Origin: a virus
Virus record (IMG/VR): IMGVR_UViG_3300045988_137032
Coordinates: 64,001 to 128,000 of that record
Reading direction: 5' to 3' (one strand)
Length of the DNA stretch: 64,000 bases
The translations under genes and the position numbers were made by a program. Positions within the stretch are counted from its first letter, which is position 1, and each line of letters begins with the position of its first letter. Positions 19,971 to 28,638 of the stretch are shown here, in pieces. The notes below the pieces were generated by a model, which was not told where the DNA came from, did not search any database, and worked only from the letters and a program-made list of their open reading frames with translations.

Positions 19971-19980
19971 ATATATAATA
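19971..19980 (+). promoter_or_regulatory. class A promoter core, variant ATATATAATA
   Basis: aattATATATAATAtatgtgaaataag; the same downstream ATGTGAA string follows the sites at 47385 and 51735. Confidence 0.4.
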
Positions 19981-20011
19981 TATGTGAAATAAGAGAAAGG
20001 AGGGATTAAGA

Positions 20012-20047
20012 ATGGATACCGAAGAAACTGTCATTATTGATGAATAA
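20012..20047 (+). CDS. 11-codon mini-ORF (MDTEETVIIDE) in its own transcription unit
   Basis: RBS AAAGGAGGG 7 nt upstream; sits between a class A motif and a strong terminator; coding status uncertain. Confidence 0.25.
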   Translation: MDTEETVIIDE

Positions 20048-20070
20048 TTAAAAGATTCCTCTAAAAGGAA

Positions 20071-20112
20071 AATAAGCCGTACTTGAATCTATATCAAGTA
20101 CGGCTTATTTTT
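20071..20112. terminator. bidirectional hairpin terminator
   Basis: 16-bp stem AATAAGCCGTACTTGA / TCAAGTACGGCTTATT plus T-run. Confidence 0.8.
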
Positions 20113-20571
20113 TTAGTTAACTTTGGTAAAATCACCGAGAAGATCAACGTCAACATCATCAGGATCAATCTCAATCGGATTATGAACAGGAGAAACTACC
20201 GGTTCCTTCTTTTTTTCATATCCAATCTTCTTGATGTTGTTGCGACGCTCCACAATCATACTAGGATTTTCAACTTCCTTCGGTGCGAAGTTGTTAGCAT
20301 TGACATTGGAAATGGTCAGAAGAATTCGTTCACTCGGATTCTTCGGATTGCATTCATACACCTTACGACGGCTATTCACGAGTGCCTGGACGATACCAAT
20401 GGGGAAATCCTGAGGGGTCAGGATAGGGCCACTGATACCACCAAGCTCAGGAATAATACCCATCGTCATAACAACGATTTTCTTAGTGGCAAGCACTTTC
20501 TGATTTGTATTTACCATGATATCGAATCCAGCCTTTCTCATTCCGTTAATTACGGTGCCGAATGTGCTCAT
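20113..20571 (-). CDS. hypothetical protein, ELGGIxGPIL family (paralog of 22302-22703)
   Basis: PELGGISGPILTP, VYECNPKNP and NNFAPKE are shared with the paralog. ATGA start/stop overlap with the upstream gene. GC3-rich codons. Confidence 0.8.
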   Translation of the reverse strand: MSTFGTVINGMRKAGFDIMVNTNQKVLATKKIVVMTMGIIPELGGISGPILTPQDFPIGIVQALVNSRRKVYECNPKNPSERILLTISNVNANNFAPKEVENPSMIVERRNNIKKIGYEKKKEPVVSPVHNPIEIDPDDVDVDLLGDFTKVN

Positions 20572-20891
20572 TCGTCATCCTCATCGTCAAGATCAGCATC
20601 GTCATCATCGGATTCATCACCGCAGATGTTCATCACATCATCGATGGACAGATTCTTCTTAGACTGAAGGATCTTCTCAACCTCCTGATCATCACCATCC
20701 GTAACGGGCAGCTTATCGATCAGGGCTTCGATATCAGCATCGGAAATATCAACGTCTTCCATCATGGTCTCAGGAACCAGAGCACAAAGCGCAGCTTCGG
20801 TTGATTCATCTTCCATCATAGACTCGATGTACAGGCGATCACGCTCAATACTAGCACGCTCTTTACGAACGGACTTAAATGCTTCGATCAT
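20568..20891 (-). CDS. acidic protein with poly-Asp/Glu C-terminus
   Basis: RBS GAAAGGA before ATG 20891 (MIEAFKSV...); ends GDESDDDDADLDDEDDE. Confidence 0.75.
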   Translation of the reverse strand: MIEAFKSVRKERASIERDRLYIESMMEDESTEAALCALVPETMMEDVDISDADIEALIDKLPVTDGDDQEVEKILQSKKNLSIDDVMNICGDESDDDDADLDDEDDE

Positions 20892-20957
20892 AGTTATGTC
20901 ATCCTTTCTTATTATAGTAAAATAGACGAGCAATCACTAGGGTAATACTCGTTAGCT

Positions 20958-20969
20958 TAGCTTATTGTT
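20958..20969 (-). promoter_or_regulatory. candidate class B promoter motif AACA-N6-TA
   Basis: minus strand reads tctaaAAACAataagcTAagc, about 78 nt upstream of start 20891. Confidence 0.45.
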
Positions 20970-21021
20970 TTTAGACCATATAATTAATGGCTCATAACTG
21001 TATTCATCCTATTCTATAATG

Positions 21022-21031
21022 ATATATTATA
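21022..21031 (+). promoter_or_regulatory. candidate class A promoter core ATATATTATA
   Basis: ctataatgATATATTATAttgatatc, 41 nt upstream of ATG 21063. Confidence 0.45.
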
Positions 21032-21062
21032 TTGATATCATAGAGGAAAGGAGGATACAGTT

Positions 21063-21251
21063 ATGAGTACTGTAAGCCATATGTGCCCGAGAGTATTCGC
21101 AGATTTATTCCTGCAATACTACCCGGGCACTGTGCAGCGTACACCTACGGGTAATAGTACCACCATCGCTATGCCTGAAGGATGTGTATTCGTTCCTGAG
21201 TATGAGGTATACAACCTCAAAAACGGAATGAGTTACATTAAGAAGGTGTAA
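21063..21251 (+). CDS. hypothetical small protein
   Basis: RBS GAAAGGAGG; 62 aa; own promoter motif and terminator. Confidence 0.65.
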   Translation: MSTVSHMCPRVFADLFLQYYPGTVQRTPTGNSTTIAMPEGCVFVPEYEVYNLKNGMSYIKKV

Positions 21252-21257
21252 CGCCGA

Positions 21258-21304
21258 GAAGAAAGGATGGATGTGCAACAACCACATTCATCCTTTCTTT
21301 TTTG
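21258..21304 (+). terminator. intrinsic terminator
   Basis: stem AAGAAAGGATG..ATGTG / CACAT..CATCCTTTCTT plus T-run. Confidence 0.7.
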
Positions 21305-21318
21305 TCGTTTTTATAATG

Positions 21319-21328
21319 ATATATTATA
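21319..21328 (+). promoter_or_regulatory. candidate class A promoter core ATATATTATA
   Basis: tttataatgATATATTATAcctatag, 51 nt upstream of ATG 21370. Confidence 0.45.
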
Positions 21329-21369
21329 CCTATAGAATGACCCATAGATATATTGAAAGGAGAGTCATC

Positions 21370-22245
21370 ATGAATAAAAATTCACAGGAAGTAATCGCAA
21401 AAATCAGATCTATTTGCGAAAGTAAAGCAGAAGTCACGCTTGCAAAACTCAATGGAGTTGATACAAGCATCATGAAGGGTAAGCTGAAAAGTGCAAAGGA
21501 GCTTACCAAAACTCTTATGGAATCTGAGAGTAAATTCTGGACGGACACAAAAGCTGCTCCGTCTTCCGCTGAGTTTAAAGCCCGGTTTGCTACATTGCTC
21601 ACTGGATACGTCATTTGCAATCTCGATCGATATATCGAGACTTACTATATGACGGTTACTCAGACAGAAGATGGAGAAAGCGTAAACCTGAAAGAACTAA
21701 TGAATGAGATTCTCGATCTCATTCAGGATATGTGCAAATCGGCAGTTAATGGAAGCAGCAGATTCTATGAGGTCATTTATACTCTGGCTGTCGTTGATGT
21801 CGTAGCCAACAAACCCGAATACAAGCGTTATAAGCGTCTCAAGAAGATCAGAGACAGTATGGAGTCTTTGACTCTTCGTCTGACTTCTGATGCAGATGAC
21901 GATGAAACCTTTGGTGGCCTTCTCAGGCTTACCTATGTATTCTGCACAAGAGTTCCTTCTGCAAAGAATGCGAAACTCTATGTGGAAGGGTATGAGTTTA
22001 ATCAGAAGGCTACTACCTATCGCATGATCGAGAAACTTGGCAAAGTTATCGAAGAAACGATTGCCAAGGTTGGTGTTTCCCGTATCTTCTATATCTTCAT
22101 GCAGTGTAATCCTGCGATTACTACTCGGTGGACTAGAGGAGTTGCTACGAACAAAGATCTTGCACTTGGTTGTTTGTCTCTTTCCTATATGAAGTTCCTT
22201 AACAACGGAACTCCCATTGGAGATCTTTGCTTCTGGTTGAAATAA
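21370..22245 (+). CDS. hypothetical protein
   Basis: RBS GAAAGGAGAG before ATG 21370 (MNKNSQEV...); the ORF-track start at 21271 lies inside the terminator/promoter region. Confidence 0.8.
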   Translation: MNKNSQEVIAKIRSICESKAEVTLAKLNGVDTSIMKGKLKSAKELTKTLMESESKFWTDTKAAPSSAEFKARFATLLTGYVICNLDRYIETYYMTVTQTEDGESVNLKELMNEILDLIQDMCKSAVNGSSRFYEVIYTLAVVDVVANKPEYKRYKRLKKIRDSMESLTLRLTSDADDDETFGGLLRLTYVFCTRVPSAKNAKLYVEGYEFNQKATTYRMIEKLGKVIEETIAKVGVSRIFYIFMQCNPAITTRWTRGVATNKDLALGCLSLSYMKFLNNGTPIGDLCFWLK

Positions 22246-22252
22246 ACCAGAA

Positions 22253-22296
22253 AAGAACCAACGAGTACTATCAAAATACTCGTTGGTTCTTTTTTG
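22253..22296. terminator. bidirectional hairpin terminator
   Basis: 15-bp stem AAGAACCAACGAGTA / TACTCGTTGGTTCTT plus T-run. Confidence 0.8.
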
Positions 22297-22301
22297 TAAT
22301 C

Positions 22302-22703
22302 TTACAGATCGATCGATACGGGATCCATATCCATCTTAGCTGGAGACTTCTGAACTACGCCGTCCTTCTTAATCGTCTTGACGATATCGACATAGATCTT
22401 GTCGTTCTCATCAATATAATTATCGTCCGGCATATCTTCAACGCCCATAACCAGATCACCACGGGGCTTATCCGCATCCGGAGCAAAGTTATTCTTTCTC
22501 CGATAATTCTTCAGAGTAAGCCGCTTCTTCTGCTTACGGTTTTCAGGATTGTGTTCATACACAATACGGCCATTGATCAGAAGCTTGTAAATGGTATTCA
22601 CATCCATAACCACAATAGTGAGGATAGGACCCTGAATACCACCGAGTTCGCTAAAACTACCAGTGCTAGGGACAGTGACCAGTTTAGTATAAACCATAGC
22701 CAT
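22302..22703 (-). CDS. hypothetical protein, ELGGIxGPIL family (paralog of 20113-20571)
   Basis: SELGGIQGPILT, VYEHNPENR, NNFAPDA; RBS GAAAGGAG; GC3-rich codons. Confidence 0.8.
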   Translation of the reverse strand: MAMVYTKLVTVPSTGSFSELGGIQGPILTIVVMDVNTIYKLLINGRIVYEHNPENRKQKKRLTLKNYRRKNNFAPDADKPRGDLVMGVEDMPDDNYIDENDKIYVDIVKTIKKDGVVQKSPAKMDMDPVSIDL

Positions 22704-22735
22704 ACTATTTTAGCTCCTTTCATATGACTTTGAAT

Positions 22736-22747
22736 TATAGACTTGTT
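22736..22747 (-). promoter_or_regulatory. candidate class B promoter motif AACA-N6-TA
   Basis: minus strand reads cttgAAACAagtctaTAat, 44 nt upstream of start 22703. Confidence 0.4.
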
Positions 22748-22792
22748 TCAAGGTCATCTAGGGCTGAAAATAGTATGGCTAAATTTATATAA

Positions 22793-24553
22793 TCAGAAAT
22801 CTGGTAATTCTACACTATTTGGATCAAAGCGATCATATTCGCTTCCATCACCAAGTTGATTCATTTCACTATCCTTTTTGGATTTCCCTACCGTAGGACG
22901 AGGTCTTGCATTTCTGGAAGACGGAGGAGTATCCGTAAACGAATTCGCCAAAGACAACTTACTGACGGGTTCTGGCATATAGATATCATCAATAAGACGA
23001 CTTCCTGTTTCATCGTAAGGATGAGTAAAGTAATCAATTTCACTAACAGCGACATGATACTTGGGATCTTTCTTTGTGTTGGTGGAGCGATAACGACGCT
23101 TCAAAAGTTTGAATGTCAGATACTTATCACTCGTATCAGATCTCGTTTCTGTATTGACCACAATGGTAACGTCGCAGTTCTCTTGGATTTCCCAAGCGCC
23201 TGCAATACCATCACGTCCAACCAGACGAGTAACATCGACTCTGTTAGACTGCAATGCGCCATCCACGATAGATGCTGCATTACGATTCAACTGCTGTGCA
23301 GTAATCACTGCAATGTCAAGTTCTTTCGCAATCGTTTTAAGTTCGTTGGTCACATTCTTTAATTCTTCTTTTTCTGTATCCGCTTTCTCAGAGGGACGAA
23401 TTCTCTTCAAGTAGTCGAGGATCAAAGTAACAACTTCTCTTCCATCATCAAATTCATCCTGAATAATCGTACGAAGATCATTCGTATCAATACTTCTATT
23501 CGGATAATACTTAATGACAATATCGATGTTGTTTTTATCAGTCAGAGTCATTTCACCTTCATCCTTGAGCATCTTTACAACCTGCTCAGGACTATAATTA
23601 CGAATATCGGTACTTGATACACGCATAGCAAAAATACGTTCGATGGTCTCATCAATATCATTCTCCATAGTGATGAGCAATACACAAGGAATCTTACCTG
23701 GATGCCGTGCTTTGACATCGGGATTGTATTTTTTGATATCAAGTGCAGATTTCAAAAGAATCTGACTTTTACCACCACCAGGAAGTGCCAGGAAGCAGTA
23801 AAGACGCTTGCTCTGGAAACCAGGTGCAAGCATGTAGTTTAAGAACTGGATACCAGTTCTAAACACACGGTTTTTATCACTTAAATGCGTAACAGCATCG
23901 CTGACAGCATTTGCAAAATTCTCTGTATCAAGAGAGAAAGTATCATTCTGATTCGTTGTATCGGATTTACGCTTGATATTAATAAGCTCTGTTGCTAATC
24001 TGTAGATGATATTCACACACTTTTTGTAGGAGTGATTATCTCCACCTTCCAAATCCATGGAATCCATTGCTTCGAATAACTTGTCACGGAAATACACGAT
24101 GTATCCATAACGGACTCTATCCTGAATACCTTCCAAAAGATATTTGATATCATCCGTGTCCAACTTCACCATGTTATTGGGAATATCATTCAGAAGTTCT
24201 GGAATGAATGGATTATTGTCTTCACATGCATTTCGTTCTGCAACATGCTCTTTCAATACGGTAAACCCGCTTAACTTATACTCAAACTTTCCCTCCAGTG
24301 TATAATAGATAAGTTTCACACGAGCCATTAACTCGTCATTCTTCTTATACACATCATAATCAATCATTTGAAAAAGTCTATACGTAGTCGAAAGAGCTTT
24401 TCGAGTACGTAAGATCGACGGGGTATAAATAAATGAGATGATGGAATTCAAAACATCCATACTCATTTTTATTTTAACGCGCTTCATAGTTACACCGTAG
24501 ATGGTTGTCGTTTCATCTGAGGTGTAAGATTTTTTAGTTTTCTTCGTTGCCAT
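22793..24553 (-). CDS. DnaB-like replicative helicase
   Basis: Walker A ALPGGGKSQILL; VVTLILDYLKRI (compare DYLQLM); ELKTIAKELDIAVITAQQLNR (compare the DnaB SQLNR motif); RBS GGAGGGA before ATG 24553. Confidence 0.75.
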   Translation of the reverse strand: MATKKTKKSYTSDETTTIYGVTMKRVKIKMSMDVLNSIISFIYTPSILRTRKALSTTYRLFQMIDYDVYKKNDELMARVKLIYYTLEGKFEYKLSGFTVLKEHVAERNACEDNNPFIPELLNDIPNNMVKLDTDDIKYLLEGIQDRVRYGYIVYFRDKLFEAMDSMDLEGGDNHSYKKCVNIIYRLATELINIKRKSDTTNQNDTFSLDTENFANAVSDAVTHLSDKNRVFRTGIQFLNYMLAPGFQSKRLYCFLALPGGGKSQILLKSALDIKKYNPDVKARHPGKIPCVLLITMENDIDETIERIFAMRVSSTDIRNYSPEQVVKMLKDEGEMTLTDKNNIDIVIKYYPNRSIDTNDLRTIIQDEFDDGREVVTLILDYLKRIRPSEKADTEKEELKNVTNELKTIAKELDIAVITAQQLNRNAASIVDGALQSNRVDVTRLVGRDGIAGAWEIQENCDVTIVVNTETRSDTSDKYLTFKLLKRRYRSTNTKKDPKYHVAVSEIDYFTHPYDETGSRLIDDIYMPEPVSKLSLANSFTDTPPSSRNARPRPTVGKSKKDSEMNQLGDGSEYDRFDPNSVELPDF

Positions 24554-24684
24554 GTGAGAGTCCCTCCTAGTTGAATATTTGGGTCGCACTAAGATAATAT
24601 GGAAAACTTTAAGGGAAAATAAGACACACTCTATATACTTTTAAGGAGGGTCTATTAAATCTATCAAAGTGTTACCCGGGGTGT

Positions 24685-24740
24685 AATAAACCAAAAGTAT
24701 AGTTACTGTATTTACTTCACGTATACTTTTGGTTTATTTT
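24685..24740. terminator. hairpin terminator
   Basis: 17-bp stem AATAAACCAAAAGTATA / TATACTTTTGGTTTATT; the T-run is on the plus strand, so the strand assignment is uncertain. Confidence 0.55.
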
Positions 24741-24747
24741 GTATCAG

Positions 24748-24963
24748 TCAGGGAATCACAATACCAATTGCACTCAATGCAGTCTTGATTGCAGTGATGG
24801 TGGTATCATGCTCTTGAAGAATTTTGTAAATCTCTTCTAAGCATGTGACAACTTTCTTTGAATATGTTTCACCAACAGGCTGACCGCTTTTTGAAATCGT
24901 CATTTCCATTACTTTAAGCTCTTGGATCTTGGCATATAAAAGCATCATACTGCCTACGCTCAT
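24748..24963 (-). CDS. hypothetical small protein
   Basis: RBS AAGGAGATG; 71 aa. Confidence 0.65.
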   Translation of the reverse strand: MSVGSMMLLYAKIQELKVMEMTISKSGQPVGETYSKKVVTCLEEIYKILQEHDTTITAIKTALSAIGIVIP

Positions 24964-25001
24964 AATTGCATCTCCTTATTTTTTGATAAGAGAAAAATCA
25001 T

Positions 25002-25013
25002 TACAGGATTGTT
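25002..25013 (-). promoter_or_regulatory. candidate class B promoter motif AACA-N6-TA
   Basis: minus strand reads ccagaAAACAatcctgTAat, 50 nt upstream of start 24963. Confidence 0.4.
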
Positions 25014-25136
25014 TTCTGGGCTATTTTATCCGGAGGGGGTGGATAATGAAATTCATTGAGTTTCAATATCCCGGTGACAGTATCCTAACCGATGGTTTTG
25101 AAAGATAAACCTTATAAGAAAGGAATGGTCCTTATT

Positions 25137-28100
25137 ATGAAATCAGTTAAGAAACGTGATAACCGGATAGTGGAATTCGACCGGGAAAAAATCGTCTCTG
25201 CAATCCAGAGAGCATTTATTGAGGTCGATGGTACACTATCCGATTCAGCCAAAAGTATCGCGGAATCTACTGCGACAAAAGTTGCCCTGATCCCTGAAGA
25301 TATGTCTGTGGAACAGATTCAGGATCAGGTGATCTATTCCCTTATGGATACTTCTCGGAAAGATGTTGCAAAAGCATATACGGAGTATCGGTTCAAACAC
25401 AATTTAGCTCGGGATTTCCGTAACACCACCGATCAAGCTATCATGGACCTGCTTGATCACAAGAACGAAGAAATCAATGGTGAGAATTCCAATAAGGATC
25501 CCGAGATCGTTTCTGTTCAGCGTGATTATATCGCTGGTATTACTTCTAAGGATATTACAAAGCGTATTCTGCTTGACGAAGATATTGTGAAAGCCGATGA
25601 AGCTGGTATTATCCATTTCCATGACTCTGACTATTTTGCACAGAATGTGCTTACCAACTGCTCTCTGTGCAATCTGGAGGATATGCTCCAGAATGGTACT
25701 GTCATTAACGGTACAAAAATCGATAAGCCTCACCGTTTTATCACAGCGTCGACTATTGCAACTCAGATCATCACTGCTGTGACATCTTCTCAGTATGGTG
25801 GTATCTCTATTACTCTGACACATCTTGCACCGTTTGTTCGTGAGTCCTATAATCGGTATCTTAGTAAATACCGTAGCTGGGGATTTGATGAGAAGAAAGC
25901 TGCCAAGTATGCTGATCTGGATACTCGTAAGGAAGTTGAAGACGGCTGCCAGACTTTCATCTATCAGGTGAATTCCATGTCTACAACCAATGGCCAGGCT
26001 CCGTTCCTGACTGTCTTTATGTATATCAATGAGACAGAGGAATATCGTGATGAACTGGTAATGCTGATTGAAGAATTCCTCCGTCAGCGTATTCAGGGTA
26101 TGAAGAATGAGCAGGGTGTATGGATTACTCCTGCATTCCCGAAACTCATTTATGTCCTCGATGAGGATAATATTAAGCCTGGCACAAAGTACTGGGACAC
26201 TACAGTTTTAGCTGCTCAATGTACTGCCAAACGCATGGTTCCTGACTATATTTCAGCAAAAGTGATGAAACAGCTGAAGGGGGACGTGTGGCCGTGCATG
26301 GGTTGCTTTGATGCAAAAGAGGTTGTTTCATATCAATTAAATAACGAGTCTCACGTGAGTACTTTTGAGGAAATGTGGAATTCGTTTAAAGGTAGATTTG
26401 ATATGGTATCTCAGGAAACTGGTGTTGCTGGTGATACCTACATGAATCTTACTGGAGTTAAGATTTACGACCATGTGAATGGATGGACTGATTGCAAGCG
26501 TCTTATCCATAATCATCACGATAAGATGCTTCGTGTCGTCTTTACGAATGGTCGTGTAGTTGAAGTCACTCCGAATCATCCGTTCACAGTTGAAACGAAT
26601 TCCAAGACTGAATCTATCGTCTATGCTGAGAAACTCAATGTCGGTGATACGATCAAGATCGATAGTGAGTTCAAGGCATTCAACGAAGATGATCTGAAGG
26701 TATATAATTCTCCGAATGATGAGAAGCCTGCTATTGCAGCAGAGAATTTCGTTATGAATAAGATTCGTGATGATGAACTTCTCACTCTGGATCTTATCTT
26801 CAATTACAAGAAGGATACTCGCCGTGAATTCCTGTATGGTCTGATTCAGACTATGCGTGACGATCTTGAAGTCGTTAAGAAGGAAGAGACTGATCCTCGC
26901 GATGAGAATCGTTCCTTCATCGATGACTATAATAAGACAAAGGTCATCGGCATTCATTATCTTACTAAGGATCGCGCACTGAAGATCATGATGCTTGCTC
27001 AAAGCGTTGATGTTCATGCGGATATTCATGTGGAAGATGAAGAGTCTCGTCATTATCAGGATCTATATAAAGTACAGATTGCTCCTACATACGAACTCAT
27101 TAAGCTCTGCACGAATGATCAGGATTCCTTCTGGGGAGTCTTCAGTGATTCCGTTATGAATGAACTGGAGAACTCTGAGCTGTTCCATCAGGAATATGCT
27201 TGTGTGGAATCCGTCACTCGTCGTTACGAACTTCGTGAAAGCTATGATGTTACGACTGCCTCTGAGCACTTCAGTGCATCCGGCATTTATACTCATAACT
27301 GCCGTAGTTTCCTTACTCCGTATAAAGATCCGAAAACTGGTAAGGGAAAGTATTATGGTAGATTCAACTGTGGTGTCGTAACCATTTCTCTCCCTGATCT
27401 TGCTTTCTCTTCCGGTGGAGACTACGATAAATTCTGGCAGCTCTTTGAAGAGCGTACTGAGCTTTGCCATAGAGCATTGCGTGCACGTATTGATCGTATC
27501 AAGGATACATCTGTTAACGTCGCTCCCATTCTTTGGCGTCATGGCGCATTTGCACGACTTCCTATGGATGCTAAGATCGGCGATATCATGTTTAATGGAT
27601 ATTCTACTATCTCACTTGGATATGCAGGTCTGTATGAGTGTGTCAAGTATATGACTGGTCATTCTCATATGGATAAGGGTATTGGTACTGAATTTGGCCT
27701 TAAGGTCATGCAAGCTTTGAATGATAAGTGTAATCAGTGGAAGACAGCAGAGCATATCGATTATTCTCTGTATGGTACCCCGATTGAGAACACCACTTAC
27801 AAGTTTGCCCGTTGCCTTAAGAAGCGTTTTGGTAATGATATCTTCGTCAAGCTTGATGGTAAAGACCGTGATTACATCACCAATAGCTACCACACAGCAG
27901 TCTTTGAAAAGATCAATCCGTTTGATAAGCTGATTCAGGAAGCTGAATTCCAGAAGCTTTCTCCGGGCGGCGCTATCAGTTATATTGAATGCTCTGATTT
28001 GACTCATAATATTCCTGCTGTTCTTCAGGTCATGCAGTGTATTTATGATAACATCATGTATGCTGAGCTCAATATCAAGTCTGATTATTGCATGTGCTGT

Positions 28101-28215
28101 GGATTTGATGGGGAGATCAAAGTTATTGACGACGGTGGTAAGTTGGTTTGGGAATGCCCGAACTGCGGCAACCGTGATCAGCATAAAATGAGCGTCGCTC
28201 GACGCACTTGTGGAT
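25137..28215 (+). CDS. nrdD: anaerobic ribonucleoside-triphosphate reductase NrdD, exon 1 (contains an in-frame intein)
   Basis: ATP-cone VKKRDNRIVEFDREKIVSAIQRAF; PCMG...CRSFLTPYKD...GRFNCGVVTISLP; C-terminal Cys4 CMCCG...CPNCG; glycyl-radical motif begins RRTCG at the exon end. Confidence 0.85.
26304..27299 (+). mobile_element. intein (332 aa) within NrdD
   Basis: Starts with Cys (CFDAKEVV). Block B is VEVTPNHPF. Ends YDVTTASEHFSASGIYTHN, followed by the +1 Cys of CRSFL. Degenerate LAGLIDADG-like REFLYGLIQTMRDD in the middle. Confidence 0.8.
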
Positions 28216-28527
28216 TGAATTATTCAATATAGTCCACGTTAAACCTGTTAAACTGCGGGAAGTTCCTTAGAGCTCTAGGTTACCAAGTATAGTTTGGTGA
28301 CAGCTATATGGCTGATTTTAACAGAATCGGATATGGTAAAAAGACTTAGAGATTGGATAATCATCGCATCGAAACTTCTGCGAGTAGAAATACTCGTATG
28401 GATTTATTCCACTTAGGGAAGGACGTTCAACGACTATAATACGGGCGCGCTACTTAGTGACTTCACTAAGCAAGTATGGTATAGTCTACTCCCGTACTTA
28501 AATATCGGGAAACCGAGGGTACAAAGG
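28216..28527 (+). ncRNA. group I self-splicing intron (no internal ORF) in nrdD
   Basis: Removing it restores RRTCG-YIGTHFWSQGRTDEIRNRYVH. The 5' exon end GUGGAU pairs with GUCCAC at 28232-28237, giving a U-G wobble at the splice site. The last intron base is G. AAACUGCGGGAAG and GGUUACCAAGUAU resemble group I core strings. Confidence 0.75.
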
Positions 28528-28637
28528 ATATTGGAACTCACTTCTGGTCTCAGGGTCGTACCGATGAGATTAGAAACCGTTATGTGCATCTGACAGATAT
28601 TCCTGCTGATGGTGAAGAAGTAGAGGAGACTGAATAA
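28528..28637 (+). CDS. nrdD: NrdD exon 2 (C-terminal 35 aa plus the split Tyr codon)
   Basis: T(28215)+AT gives Tyr, then IGTHFWSQGRTDEIRNRYVHLTDIPADGEEVEETE and TAA at 28635-28637, 1 nt before the nrdG ATG. Carries the nrdG RBS GAGGAG. Confidence 0.75.
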
Positions 28638-28638
28638 T

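Noticed and set aside
25046-25108. A 20-codon upstream ORF (MKFIEFQYPGDSILTDGFER) with a GGAGGGGG RBS in front of nrdD, read as a leader peptide, and a possible NrdR box in the same region.
   Set aside because: There is no supporting conservation or attenuator structure that I can see, and no recognisable NrdR-box palindrome. It is too short to call from sequence alone.
28216-28638. Taking ...RRTCGLNYSI-TAG as the true NrdD C-terminus and 28233-28638 as an intergenic or regulatory spacer.
   Set aside because: That would remove the Tyr of the glycyl-radical motif and the conserved C-terminal tail. A precise U...G-bounded excision with a P1 pairing restores both and brings the stop next to the nrdG start.
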